DNA from: Candidatus Poribacteria bacterium
GTDB taxonomy: Bacteria > Poribacteria > WGA-4E > PCPOR2b
Direction of reading: 5' to 3'
Assembly: GCA_965218095.1 (NCBI GenBank)
Contig: OZ244587.1
Location: 1,760,001 to 1,824,000, forward strand
Length of the DNA stretch: 64,000 bases
The position numbers and the translations under genes were made by a program. Under the pieces are notes generated by a model. That model had not been told where the DNA came from. It did no database searches and was given only the letters and a program-made list of their open reading frames with translations. This document shows, piece after piece, positions 1 to 9,911 of this stretch (position 1 is its first letter; each line of letters starts with the position of its first letter).

Positions 1-14
1 TTAAACCAATTCCG

Positions 15-299
15 GTGATGTTCAATAATGGGCAACGCGCCTTCCTCAGTCTTTCCAATGCAAAAGTCGGTAAACATCAACCGCTGTACTATCTTGTCGA
101 GCAGATGAGGATAAACCAATCGGACATCCTCGCAATTGGGGATAACTATAACGATCTGGATATGTTACAATTTGTAGGACTGGGCGTTATCATGGAAAAT
201 GCGGACAAGGCGCTCAAACAGATGGGATTCTACGTGACGGCCTCGAATGATGCGGATGGCGTCGCAAAGGCTTTGGAGCGGTTTGTGTTAGGAATTTAG
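15..299 (+). CDS. Cof-type HAD hydrolase, C-terminal part (5' end outside window or truncated)
   Basis: HAD motif IV AIGDNYNDLDML...GLGVIMENA and C-terminal SNDADGVA. Confidence 0.8.
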   Translation: MMFNNGQRAFLSLSNAKVGKHQPLYYLVEQMRINQSDILAIGDNYNDLDMLQFVGLGVIMENADKALKQMGFYVTASNDADGVAKALERFVLGI

Positions 300-358
300 G
301 GGAGAAGATAGGCGAATGAGGAAACGAAACAATGAGGCAATAAAGCTTATTCACATTT

Positions 359-390
359 TACGCATTACGCATTACGCATTATGCATCACC
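359..390 (+). repeat. Heptamer tandem repeat (TTACGCA)n
   Basis: ttacgcattacgcattacgcattatgcatc; the same unit recurs at 42265-42300. Confidence 0.8.
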
Positions 391-1841
391 CTTCACAACT
401 CCGAAACGAAGTCTTGCTTCGCAGGCTCCAAAGGAGCGGATCCCCAATCTATTGGGGATCCGCGCTTCAACTCTTAATCCTGTGTGTGCTGGTTTCCATC
501 CCACAAACGTGGGGAAACCCATTAAAATCAGAACTACAGGAAAATGTATCAACTTCCCGACGGAATGCCATTGTCGACGCGGTTGAGCACGCGAGCCCCG
601 GGGTCGTCAATATCAGTACCATTCAGATACAGGAAATCAATGTCCCTCCATCTTTTGAAGATTTCTGGGTGCCATTTTTCAATTTTCCTTTTAAGGTCCC
701 GCAGCGGCGTGAACTACATGGGCTCGGATCTGGGGTGATTATTGACCAAAAAGGCTATGTAATCACAAATCAGCACGTCATTGAGGGGGCAGAAGTTACA
801 AAGGTTCTCCTTTCAGACGGACGAGAAGTTGAAGCCAAGATTATTGGTGAGGATTTTCCCACAGATCTTGCCGTGTTAGAAATTAACACACCGGATTTGA
901 CAGAGATTGAGTTCGGAAACGCTGATGAACTGCTGATTAGTGAATGGGCAATCGCAATCGGGCATGCCTTCGCAGCGGTGGTTGGAGATCCGAGGACCAC
1001 TGTCACCGTCGGCGTGGTGAGTGCTACGGATCGCGCGCTGAAGATGGATAATCGGCTCTACCGCCACCTCATCCAAACCAACGCGTCGATTAACCCTGGC
1101 AACAGTGGTGGGGCGCTTGTCAACCTCTACGGTCAGTTAATTGGTATTAACACGGCGATCTACTCGACGAGCGGTGGTTCACAGGGCATCGGCTACGCCA
1201 TCCCGGTAAATATTGCTGCCAATGTTGTTGATCGCCTTGTTACGTATGGGGCCGTTGTTCCACCATATATCGGAATCGAACCGCAAAATTTGACGCCGCA
1301 ATTAGCAGAAACGCTGAATTTGGACAGAAGAATCGGTGTGTTAGTTGCGGCTGTGGAGAAGGGGAGTCCGGCGGAAGAAGCAGGCATTGAGCGCCGTGAT
1401 CTTATCGAAGCAATAGACCAAGAGCCGGTCTCTAATTCAGAGATATTCTGGGCAATCACACGATTGCTGCGTAAAAATCAGACACCTACCTTTCACATTT
1501 TCCGTGATGGAAAGCGAAAAAACCTGCACGTAAAAATTCGAGAGCTTCAATGGAAGTATGTGGTACCCGGTTGGGGTATCACAATTGAGCAACTTCATCG
1601 AAAGCAAGCACAGAAGTACGCGCAACGCGGGGTTCTTGTTACAAAGGTTGATCGAAGAAGCACACTGGCAAGGCAAGGATTGAGACGAGGTGATCTGATC
1701 TACCGCATTAACGATTTCCGGATTAATTCGCTTGAAGACTTCAAACGTATCACAAACAGGTTAAGACGTCCCCAGCAGATTAATCTTTACTTTGAGCGGG
1801 ATGGGCAACGGTTTCCACTGCCAAACTTAATCATCCGATGA
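381..1841 (+). CDS. HtrA/DegP-family serine protease with two PDZ domains (exact start uncertain)
   Basis: GLGSGVII, TNQHV (His), TDLAV (Asp), INPGNSGG (Ser); GSPAEEAG and GLRRGDLI PDZ motifs; N-terminal hydrophobic segment. Confidence 0.92.
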   Translation: MHHPSQLRNEVLLRRLQRSGSPIYWGSALQLLILCVLVSIPQTWGNPLKSELQENVSTSRRNAIVDAVEHASPGVVNISTIQIQEINVPPSFEDFWVPFFNFPFKVPQRRELHGLGSGVIIDQKGYVITNQHVIEGAEVTKVLLSDGREVEAKIIGEDFPTDLAVLEINTPDLTEIEFGNADELLISEWAIAIGHAFAAVVGDPRTTVTVGVVSATDRALKMDNRLYRHLIQTNASINPGNSGGALVNLYGQLIGINTAIYSTSGGSQGIGYAIPVNIAANVVDRLVTYGAVVPPYIGIEPQNLTPQLAETLNLDRRIGVLVAAVEKGSPAEEAGIERRDLIEAIDQEPVSNSEIFWAITRLLRKNQTPTFHIFRDGKRKNLHVKIRELQWKYVVPGWGITIEQLHRKQAQKYAQRGVLVTKVDRRSTLARQGLRRGDLIYRINDFRINSLEDFKRITNRLRRPQQINLYFERDGQRFPLPNLIIR

Positions 1842-1973
1842 TCCCGTGGACATAACGCAACTTCATCTGCTGCCGGGTGTTTGTATATATTTGACTCTCG
1901 GTAATTATTACGTGATAGGTCATAATTCATCGACCAGTTCACCGCTATATTTTAAGACAAAAGGTAAATAAAC

Positions 1974-2693
1974 ATGCGCGTGCAACTGCCAACAATCATA
2001 TTTCTGTGTTTATCTCTTGTTGTGATTGTTTCCCTCATCTACCATATGAAGACAAGTGATCAGGCAATGAGCCGGGAAGCCATCAATCTGGAAAGTGAAG
2101 AGTTTAAGAGCTTGCGTGAACAAGCCACCATCTCTCGCAATGCCAAAAAACATACCGCAGCTATCCAGATTTACAAGGAAGCCCTGAAAATGCGCCCAGA
2201 CAACGCCGAAGTCCATAATGATCTCGGGGCGACCTACTACGGATTTGGGCTTGAATATGCTGGGCCGAACTGGCCCTCCTGGGAGAGTGACCTAGTGGGT
2301 AAAACACTGACCGAAGCCCTTCAGGAACTCCAGATGGCTATGGAGGAAACAGGTTCTGGTTATATTGTGATGAAATCCGATCAACCGGAAGTCACGGAGG
2401 AAATTCAGAAAAAAGTCCAGGAGACTGACGCGTATATATATACCGAACAGTTCGGCGAAAACGCAACGATGAACATTGTGATCGGCAAGACAAAAGAGTT
2501 TTTCATGAAAGCGCGGGACCATTACATCCGCGCGATCGACATCAAACCCGCTTACAGCCCTGCCTACCGCAACCTCGGAGCGCTGTACATGAAAATTGGT
2601 CACCGCGATGTCGGAGTTGATAATTTACAAAAGGCGTACCGATTGGATCCGCGAGATAAAGAACTTGAGCAATATCTCAATCAGTTCAAGTAG
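1974..2693 (+). CDS. Membrane-anchored TPR protein
   Basis: N-terminal TM; TPR patterns AIQIYKEALKMRPDNAEVHNDLG and PAYRNLGALY...LQKAYRLDP. Confidence 0.85.
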   Translation: MRVQLPTIIFLCLSLVVIVSLIYHMKTSDQAMSREAINLESEEFKSLREQATISRNAKKHTAAIQIYKEALKMRPDNAEVHNDLGATYYGFGLEYAGPNWPSWESDLVGKTLTEALQELQMAMEETGSGYIVMKSDQPEVTEEIQKKVQETDAYIYTEQFGENATMNIVIGKTKEFFMKARDHYIRAIDIKPAYSPAYRNLGALYMKIGHRDVGVDNLQKAYRLDPRDKELEQYLNQFK

Positions 2694-2724
2694 AAAAGTC
2701 GCCGACTCGCACCGATTCCAGCCG

Positions 2725-3456
2725 ATGACAGTTAGGGAAATCCTCTCCCGGTCAATGCTTCTCTATCGAGGGAATTTTCTGAAGCTGGTTGGCATTGCTG
2801 TCCCCGGTGCTATTATTAGTGGTTTGGCTATTCAGTCCATTTGGATGTATCTATATGCTGTGACCGGGCGGGTGCAAATCCTGGAGATAGCACTGCCGTA
2901 TATGGCGATTGCCGCCTTCCAGTCTTTGATTGTGACGGCGGCAGGCGTCATTGCAATTTCGGAACAACTTCTGGGGCGGTCGATCAGTGTCGGGGGTGCG
3001 TACTCACGGGTTTTGGGTTCGCTCTTTCCCCTGCTCGGGGCGTTGATTCTTTTTACGATTATAGTCGGCATTGGCATTCAGTTCGTACTGGGAATCATTG
3101 CTTATGTTTGGTTCTGTTTGACTGCTCCGGTCGTCATGATTGAAGGAGAAGGCGGGCTCGGCGCACTCAAGCGAAGTCGCGTGATTGTCAAGGGATTCTT
3201 TAACAAAGCATTCCTGGTTGTTGTGTCGTTCACACTCGTGCAAGCCTTTGTGGCGGTCTTTCTGCTTACCCTCCCGCATCTCATCGGAAACTTTCCCGGT
3301 CTTCCCTCCCTTTTCTCGCTCCTTTCTGTTTGTCTACCACTCCTTATCGAACCGTTCAAAGTTGCATCAACGACAATGCTCTACTATGACCTCCGTATCC
3401 GTAAGGAGGGATATGACCGCCAAGTCCTGGCAGAGGAACTTGCTGCCTCATCGTGA
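2725..3456 (+). CDS. Multi-pass membrane protein of unknown function
   Basis: About 5-6 hydrophobic segments; ALKRS...VKG and LYYDLRIRKEGYD motifs of a common uncharacterised membrane family; start placed at MTVREILS. Confidence 0.75.
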   Translation: MTVREILSRSMLLYRGNFLKLVGIAVPGAIISGLAIQSIWMYLYAVTGRVQILEIALPYMAIAAFQSLIVTAAGVIAISEQLLGRSISVGGAYSRVLGSLFPLLGALILFTIIVGIGIQFVLGIIAYVWFCLTAPVVMIEGEGGLGALKRSRVIVKGFFNKAFLVVVSFTLVQAFVAVFLLTLPHLIGNFPGLPSLFSLLSVCLPLLIEPFKVASTTMLYYDLRIRKEGYDRQVLAEELAASS

Positions 3457-3601
3457 AACGTCAAAACCGGCGGAAAATATAGGCGACGGCTGCTTGCGTA
3501 AGTTTCCCCTTCCCATTCTTGCCCCACTGTGCTAAAATACCATCTCACAAATTTGATTTGCAAAACTAAAACATGTGCTCTGCCTTTATGTGGAGGTTCA
3601 A

Positions 3602-4465
3602 ATGAGACTTGGAATTGTCGGCATGTTGCCGGGCGACTTTCGGGGGTTTACAAACAAACAGATGGAAACGATTCGGGCGCTGAAATTCACCGGATTCGGA
3701 TTTCACTTCAGCAGTGATGATGTTTTCGACGTGATGACGGAGGACTGTGAAAAGTACAATCAATTCATGGTGGGAGAAGATCTGGATCCGGTTCAGTTTG
3801 CCATCACCTACAGGGAATGCCTCTTCGATCCAGACCCAGCCGTCAGGGAGTCAATTACGTCAAGAATCAACCGGGGGGCAGAAATCGCGCGGCAAATCAA
3901 CGCACATGCTTACCTCATCCGTCCCGGAAGCCTGAATCCCGATGGATCATGGACGTCGCACCGGGATAACCACCTCCCTGAAAGCATGGAACGCCTGATT
4001 GGGACGCTAAAATCGATTGCACGCAAGGCTGAAGCAGAGGGCGTGACCATTATTGTGGAGACCCATGCGATCTCAATTATGGATTCCCCAGAGACCTGCA
4101 AGGCGGTTGTCGATGCGGTCGGATCGGACAATCTGCGAATCGTCATGGACTATGTCAACCACTTCCAAACCCTACAACAGGTTTACAATAGCACAGAGCG
4201 GTTGAACCATATCTTCGATATAATGGGGCCAATCGCTCCTGTAGCGCACATCAAAGACATCAAGGTGACGAATGGTCTGGTGCTTCATCTTGATGAGGAA
4301 GTCCCCGACGAAGGCGAGATAGATCTCGTCCTGGCGCTGAGCAGGTTTGATGCACTTTATCCCGATGGGTATGGGCTGATTGAGCACCTGCTGATGTCAA
4401 AAATTCCACTTGCAAACGCAAACGTGCGACGGATTGCCGCCGAACATGGAATCGATATCCACTAA
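3602..4465 (+). CDS. Sugar phosphate isomerase/epimerase (AP endonuclease 2 TIM barrel)
   Basis: VETH, MDYVNH, HIKD and IEH metal-binding pattern; RBS ggagg upstream. Confidence 0.85.
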   Translation: MRLGIVGMLPGDFRGFTNKQMETIRALKFTGFGFHFSSDDVFDVMTEDCEKYNQFMVGEDLDPVQFAITYRECLFDPDPAVRESITSRINRGAEIARQINAHAYLIRPGSLNPDGSWTSHRDNHLPESMERLIGTLKSIARKAEAEGVTIIVETHAISIMDSPETCKAVVDAVGSDNLRIVMDYVNHFQTLQQVYNSTERLNHIFDIMGPIAPVAHIKDIKVTNGLVLHLDEEVPDEGEIDLVLALSRFDALYPDGYGLIEHLLMSKIPLANANVRRIAAEHGIDIH

Positions 4466-4552
4466 TATTGATTTCGGATTGTCAATACAACCGAAACGGA
4501 CGACAACGGCAACTAGAGTAAAGAAATGCACAGTTTTATAGTAGACATGTAG

Positions 4553-4581
4553 AGGTGGCGGAGAACCCGCCCCCTTTTTTT
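4553..4581 (+). terminator. Rho-independent terminator
   Basis: aggtggcgg-agaac-ccgccccct hairpin followed by a T run. Confidence 0.7.
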
Positions 4582-4734
4582 ATGTTGATACTGCATCTCA
4601 ACCGGAGTATCATACAGATGAAGTACCGGACGAAAAACGATAAGGAGGATTTCAGATGCGAAGAGAAATCATTTTACTTTCCATAATAACCCGCAAGCGT
4701 TCTATTTGAATTTCTTCACCAATGGGAGGCGTGA

Positions 4735-6117
4735 ATGTCCACATTTGATGTCAGTATCATCGGCGGCGGCCCGGGCGGCTATGTCGCAGCGATCAAGGCC
4801 GCACAGCTTGGGAGCAACGTCTGCTTAATTGAAAAAGGGGGTTGGGGCGGTACATGCCTGAATCGTGGGTGTATCCCAACCAAAACGCTATTTTCGGTTG
4901 CCAAATTTGCTACACAAGTGCGGGAAGCGGAGGGATTCGGGCTCAAGATTCAAGGCGCGGAGATCGATTATCCGCAGGTGTTGGCGCACAAAGACGCCAC
5001 CGTCAAAAAGTTGACAAGTGGTATCGCACAGTTGCTCAAAAGTAACGGCGTCTACACGATTAATGGAACCGGCGCCCTTTCTGGAAGAAACACTATTGAA
5101 GTGACGAAAGTGGATGGCACACAGGAAGAGGTCACCGCGAATCAGATTATCATCGCCACCGGTTCTGAGCCAGCGAATATTCCCGTTTTTGAAATTGATG
5201 AACAACAGGTGTTGACAACGACGGGCGTCCTCGAATTGACGAAACTTCCCAGAAGCATCATCATTGTCGGCGGCGGCGTCTCCGGCTGCGAGTTTGCCTC
5301 GATTTTCAACGGCTTGGGCTGCGAAGTCACCGTCCTTGAACTGCTGCCAACGATTCTCGCAACAGAGGATGTTCAGATCATCCGACAGGTTCGCCTCTTG
5401 ATGAAACGGAAAGGGATTGAAATCAAGACGGAAGTGAATGTGATGCGGCTGGAAAAATCGGAATCCGGGGTGACGGCGACGCTGGAATCCGGGGAGCAGT
5501 TCAACGCCGAAAAGATGTTGATCTCCATCGGCAGGGCGTTCAACTCCGAAGGAATTGGATTGGAAAAAGTCGGGGTTCACACAGATCGCGGCAAGATTGT
5601 CGTCAACGAGCGGATGGAGACGAACGTTCCGGGGATTTATGCTGTTGGCGACGTAGCGAGCCGGTATCTTTTGGCGCACGTCGCATCAGCGGAAGGGATT
5701 GTCGCCGCACAAAACTGCATGGGTGGAAACGTCGAAATGGATTACGGCACGGTTCCGTGGTGCGTTTTCACGATTCCCGAAGTCGCCAGGGTCGGCATGA
5801 CAGAGGAGGAAGCGAAGGCGGAAGGCTATGCGGTCAAAGTGGGTCGATTCCCTTATGCAGCAAGCGGTAAGGCTTTGGGCATGCGTGAGACCGACGGGTT
5901 CGTCAAGGTCGTTTCGGATCAGGAATTCGGGGATATCCTCGGCGTCCACATCCTTGGGGCGCACGCTTCAGACCTCGTCCATGAGGCTGCCGTTGCCATC
6001 CGTCTGGAGGCGTCGGTTGCAGATCTCGCGGACACGATCCACGCACACCCAACCCTCGCCGAAGCCGTTATGGAAGCGGCGGAAGCGGCGCATGATCGCG
6101 CGATTCACATCATATAA
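4735..6117 (+). CDS. lpdA: Dihydrolipoyl dehydrogenase
   Basis: GGGPGGYVAAIKAAQLG, redox GGTCLNRGCIPTK, C-terminal HAHPTLAE. Confidence 0.96.
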   Translation: MSTFDVSIIGGGPGGYVAAIKAAQLGSNVCLIEKGGWGGTCLNRGCIPTKTLFSVAKFATQVREAEGFGLKIQGAEIDYPQVLAHKDATVKKLTSGIAQLLKSNGVYTINGTGALSGRNTIEVTKVDGTQEEVTANQIIIATGSEPANIPVFEIDEQQVLTTTGVLELTKLPRSIIIVGGGVSGCEFASIFNGLGCEVTVLELLPTILATEDVQIIRQVRLLMKRKGIEIKTEVNVMRLEKSESGVTATLESGEQFNAEKMLISIGRAFNSEGIGLEKVGVHTDRGKIVVNERMETNVPGIYAVGDVASRYLLAHVASAEGIVAAQNCMGGNVEMDYGTVPWCVFTIPEVARVGMTEEEAKAEGYAVKVGRFPYAASGKALGMRETDGFVKVVSDQEFGDILGVHILGAHASDLVHEAAVAIRLEASVADLADTIHAHPTLAEAVMEAAEAAHDRAIHII

Positions 6118-6135
6118 GTTGCACAGGTTTTTCAA

Positions 6136-6164
6136 TTGACAGATGGATGAGGGTTTGCTATAGT
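6136..6164 (+). promoter_or_regulatory. Sigma70-type promoter
   Basis: TTGACA-17 nt-TATAGT, with an extended -10 TGn. Confidence 0.7.
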
Positions 6165-6217
6165 ATCCTCAATGCTTCGCAAAGTTATCTAACTATGAGG
6201 GAGGTCATCGAAACCTT

Positions 6218-7773
6218 GTGCGCCATGTAAGCGGTAAGTAGGAGTGCCTGTATAACAGGCTAGGATTGTCAGAATATCCTGTACACACCCGCGTTAGGTT
6301 CGTCGGGTAACCGACTGAAATCTCGAAAGAGAAGGCTAAACTTAGCATCGCGGGAAAAGGCGGTTGATGTCGAAATATCCTAGACTAGATGGCTGTCAGT
6401 GTAAGGTGTATATGAACAAAGCTGAGTTGCTTGAAGCCTAAGTCTTCATGGCTTTACGATGGACGGCAACGTATGGATTCATCTAATAATGGCAGAAGTG
6501 AGGTAATCGCTCACATCTGATTGAAGGCACGTTGCACCAGAGAACACATTGGACTTTGTAAGGTTGTGAATGTGTCTGACTTCGCTGGCATGCCTGCGCG
6601 AAGCAGGATTAAAAGGGCAAAAGGGATTCTAAGTACACCGTTTCTTTGACTTACCGAAAACATGGGATGGACTAAGTTGGATTTATCCAATATGCCAATG
6701 GAATCGCCGTATTACCCAAAGTACAGAGTCAAAAAAAGGCTCGGTGCAGAATAATACCTATCCCAGACGTATAAGCAATCAGTAATGATTGCGAAAGGGG
6801 AGAAGGGGGAAGGGCGATAGGTCAAGTATACAATATCACCAAGAAAAGCCACCAAATGGGGCATTAGTTTTTCAAAAGTGACTAGGTTCTGTTGACATTT
6901 CATCGTAACCAGATAATCGCAGCAACGAAACTCAGAAACCCCAAATAGCGACCCGCCAACTTATCAAAACGACTGAAGATACGCCTATAGTGCTTGATTT
7001 TGTTGATGAAGCATTCCACCCGATGTCTCTCTCGGTACAGATGCGTATCATAGTCTCGTGACTCACGGCGGTTGATACGGGGACGAATCACTAGCTCTGC
7101 ACCCATACGGGTTATCAACTGCACCAATGAATCTGCGTCATACGCTGAGTCGGCTATCACATACTCACTGCTATACCCTTCTGCACAAGTCATGGCGTGG
7201 CGTTGTCTAGCCGTCAGCGCAAAACGTAATGGATTGCCTAAGCCATCAACCGTGATGTGAATTTTGGTTGAAAATCCACCCGCATTACGTCCGAGTGCCT
7301 GTGAGGCTTGACCGCCACTTGTTTTCAAACCCCCTGCAGCACAGGGGTGAGCGCGGCAGATGGTACTGTCACCATATCTGGGTCGTTGACAAAGTGTTGA
7401 TGCAGCCGTTGGAAGATGCCTCTATCGCACCAGCAAGCGAATCGTTTATAGACGCTGTTCCAACTGCCGTACTCTTTTGGTAGGAGTCGCCATTGACTAC
7501 CACTACGAGTTATCCAAAGCACTGCTTGGACAAAACGTTTTAAGTTCGCTTGCTGTCCGGTGTAGACATCGGAACAGGTTTGCAGGAATGCTGCTATTTT
7601 TGACCATTGATTATCGGATAAGGTAAGTGTTGACATATCGTTATTATGCCATAAATGTCAACACGTCCTACTATATTTGACTGGAGAACCGTGTGCGGTG
7701 AAAGTCGCACACACGGTTCGGAGAGGGGGATACGCCACCCCACAGCAATGTGGAATCTCGGTCTCTACTCTAC
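6218..7773 (+). ncRNA. ORF-less group II intron interrupted by an IS5 element
   Basis: 5' GTGCG at 6218; domain V gaaccgtgt-gcggt-gaaa-gtcgc-ac-acacggttc at 7686-7719; domain VI with bulged A ending ...ctctac at 7773; about 770 nt after removing the IS; no RT ORF. Confidence 0.85.
6885..7668 (-). mobile_element. IS5-family insertion sequence with a broken transposase
   Basis: TIRs GGTTCTGTTGACATTT / AAATGTCAACACGTCC flanked by TA; ORFs 7325-7636 (LWITRSGSQWRLLP) and 6900-7328 (IADSAYD, YRERHRVECFINKIK, RFDK); frame break near DSTICRAH. Confidence 0.92.
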
Positions 7774-7917
7774 AAATCTACAAAAAAAGGTAATCATCTT
7801 ATCATCTGGGGTGATGCAATCGAGGCTTTGTCCAGCAAAATTCCGGGTGCTTCAGTTGATTTAATCTTTACAGACCCTCCATACAACATCGGTAAGAACT
7901 TCAACGGCAGAAAGTAA
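7774..7917 (+). pseudogene. N-terminal remnant of a beta-class amino DNA methyltransferase (YhdJ-like)
   Basis: Translates as GNHLIIWGDAIEALSSKIPGASVDLIFTDPPYNIGKNFNGRK* (DPPY motif IV); the stop comes from the adjacent repeat element. Confidence 0.85.
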
Positions 7918-8028
7918 TTTTCAGGATTAAACTATACATTCCGTTTGTAGTAGCGCAATGAATTGCGCGTTTGGGACGGCGATGAATTGCCTCACTACAA
8001 ACCATTACTTTCTTTTTGAAAATTACTT
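7912..8028 (+). mobile_element. ~117 bp MITE-like element, shell A, with GTAG-type REP doublet cargo
   Basis: Ends aagtaattttca / tgaaaattactt; near-identical inverted copy at 26272-26388. Confidence 0.85.
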
Positions 8029-8146
8029 AAACCAAACGATACTATAACTGAAATCGTCATAACAGATGAAAAGATCAAAAGAGAATCGCCATCGAATAAA
8101 GTGAGCGTACATATTGTAAAGCTATAACTATGAGGAGGAACTCAAG

Positions 8147-8836
8147 TTGGAAAAAAAAGCTGTTGTGCTTTTGAGTGGGGGGATTGATTCAACAACGACG
8201 CTCGCGATCGCACAATCTCAAAGTTATGATGCGTATACGATGAGCTTCCGGTACGGTCAACGCCATTCCCTTGAGCTGGATCGTGCAAAGCAAATCGCCG
8301 AGAAAATGGGCGTCAAAAAGCATACTATCGTCGATATTAATCTGCGTGCATTCGGTGGGTCGGCTTTAACCGATGACATTGATGTGCCCAGAGATCGATC
8401 AGATGAGGAGATCGGAACGGGCATCCCGATTACCTACGTTCCTGCACGGAATACGATATTTCTGTCATTCGCACTCGCCTGGGCAGAAACATTAGAAATC
8501 GACACGATCTTTATGGGCGTCAACGCGCTTGACTATTCTGGGTATCCGGACTGTAGGCCGGAATATATTGAGGCTTATCAGGCGATGGCAAATCTGGCAA
8601 CGAAGGCTGGGGTTGAAGGCAAAACGAAGCTCAAGATTCAAACGCCCTTGATCTCAATGACTAAAGCGCAAATCATACAAAAAGGAACAGAACTCGGCGT
8701 TGACTACGGGCTCACCCTCAGTTGTTATGAGCCCGATGATCAAGGCAGTGCGTGTGGTACATGCGACAGTTGTCTGTTAAGAAAGAAAGGGTTTTCGGAA
8801 GCGGGTGTCGCGGATCCAACGGCGTACAGGGCTTGA
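8147..8836 (+). CDS. queC: 7-cyano-7-deazaguanine synthase
   Basis: [35 protein letters not shown]...CGTCDSC. Confidence 0.97.
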   Translation: MEKKAVVLLSGGIDSTTTLAIAQSQSYDAYTMSFRYGQRHSLELDRAKQIAEKMGVKKHTIVDINLRAFGGSALTDDIDVPRDRSDEEIGTGIPITYVPARNTIFLSFALAWAETLEIDTIFMGVNALDYSGYPDCRPEYIEAYQAMANLATKAGVEGKTKLKIQTPLISMTKAQIIQKGTELGVDYGLTLSCYEPDDQGSACGTCDSCLLRKKGFSEAGVADPTAYRA

Positions 8837-8928
8837 GGTTATACTGCACAAGCAAGCATGCTCCTGATATTATCACCTGCCATTCTGAGGATACCCGCTT
8901 TCCATTTCTCAGTTATTCAAAAACTGCT

Positions 8929-9426
8929 TCACCTGCTCATACACATCCTAGGCTTTCCCGTACGAGATAGCTGTCGCTTTTGCTGAGGCGACAAGGTGTC
9001 GAAAACGGAGCAGGGACGGGTTGTCTGAAACTCTTCAATAGTTGCCTGATGATGCTTCAGCGCATGCATCTCCGTCGCGTTATCCTGGCATACGATTTTA
9101 GCGAACATGGTGATTAAAACCCGCGGTTCGTATTCTAACTCCCCATATTTTTCCACCCGTGTGATCGCACCCTCGACGTCATTGGCAGCAATCACCTTCT
9201 GAATGGCGTCCAACAGTTGTGGCAGGGATTGTCGAGAGATCGCAGCCACGGCATCAGGACGGGGATGAGGTTCGGAAGATATGCGATCTTTCGCATTTCT
9301 GACCTCTGGTCCCGAATTCCATAGCAGGAGTGCCAGACCTAGTCCTATTTGTTGTTCTACATGCAGCGGCCAGAATGGACGCTCCCGCCTATTTTTGCTA
9401 GACTTTTGAACAAATCTTTGATACAC
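8929..9426 (-). pseudogene. Fragment of an uncharacterised protein
   Basis: Protein-like core (CQDNATEMHALKHHQATIEEF) with implausible ends. Confidence 0.4.
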
Positions 9427-9911
9427 TTAACTAACATAGCGAGGCATGGTGTACTAAATGCGTGGTGCGCTCTGGAGGCGGTCGTGCTTTGATCAGCCGA
9501 GAACGTATTGCGTACTGCATATTGTGCAGGAGGCTTCACGTTTCACGCATCACAGCTCCGTTCCGAGAGTCCGAGAATTGGACTCCGAAGGATCGGAGTA
9601 GGCTCCGCCCCGATCTATCGGGGTTTCATTTTGGGAATAAGTAGTTACTGGCTTAAATCAACCGCAGAGGCGCAGAGTTTTTTTAATTCTTCTCTGCGTT
9701 CTCCGCGTTAAATAAGCGTGTTACGACTTATGAAGAAACGAATAAATCGGAGATTTATTGTGTTTCCTCTTGCGAAATGTTAAGCCTTAATCTACTTATT
9801 GCGTTTATTTTTTCCTTTTCATGGCACGAGAAAGTCACGGCGCAGATTTCTCAAAGGTTTAGTGATAGAACACTATCCCAATTTGTCTTCCAAAATATAA
9901 GGAGGTCAGTT

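Noticed and set aside
4470-4709. Riboswitch or leader peptide upstream of lpdA
   Set aside because: There is a terminator and a 17-codon ORF with an RBS (MRREIILLSII...), but no recognisable aptamer. It is more likely debris from deleted genes.
6218-7773. Retron, DGR or intron-encoded reverse transcriptase
   Set aside because: No ORF with a YADD-type RT motif is present; the only ORFs inside belong to the IS5.
7655-7864. 69 aa ORF from the ORF track
   Set aside because: It spans the IS end, intron DV/DVI and the methylase in the wrong frame, so it is not a real gene.
8147-8836. queC as part of a 7-deazaguanine DNA-modification or Qat-type defence system
   Set aside because: The protein has canonical QueC length and motifs, and no tgt/dpdA, queD/E or TatD partner is nearby.
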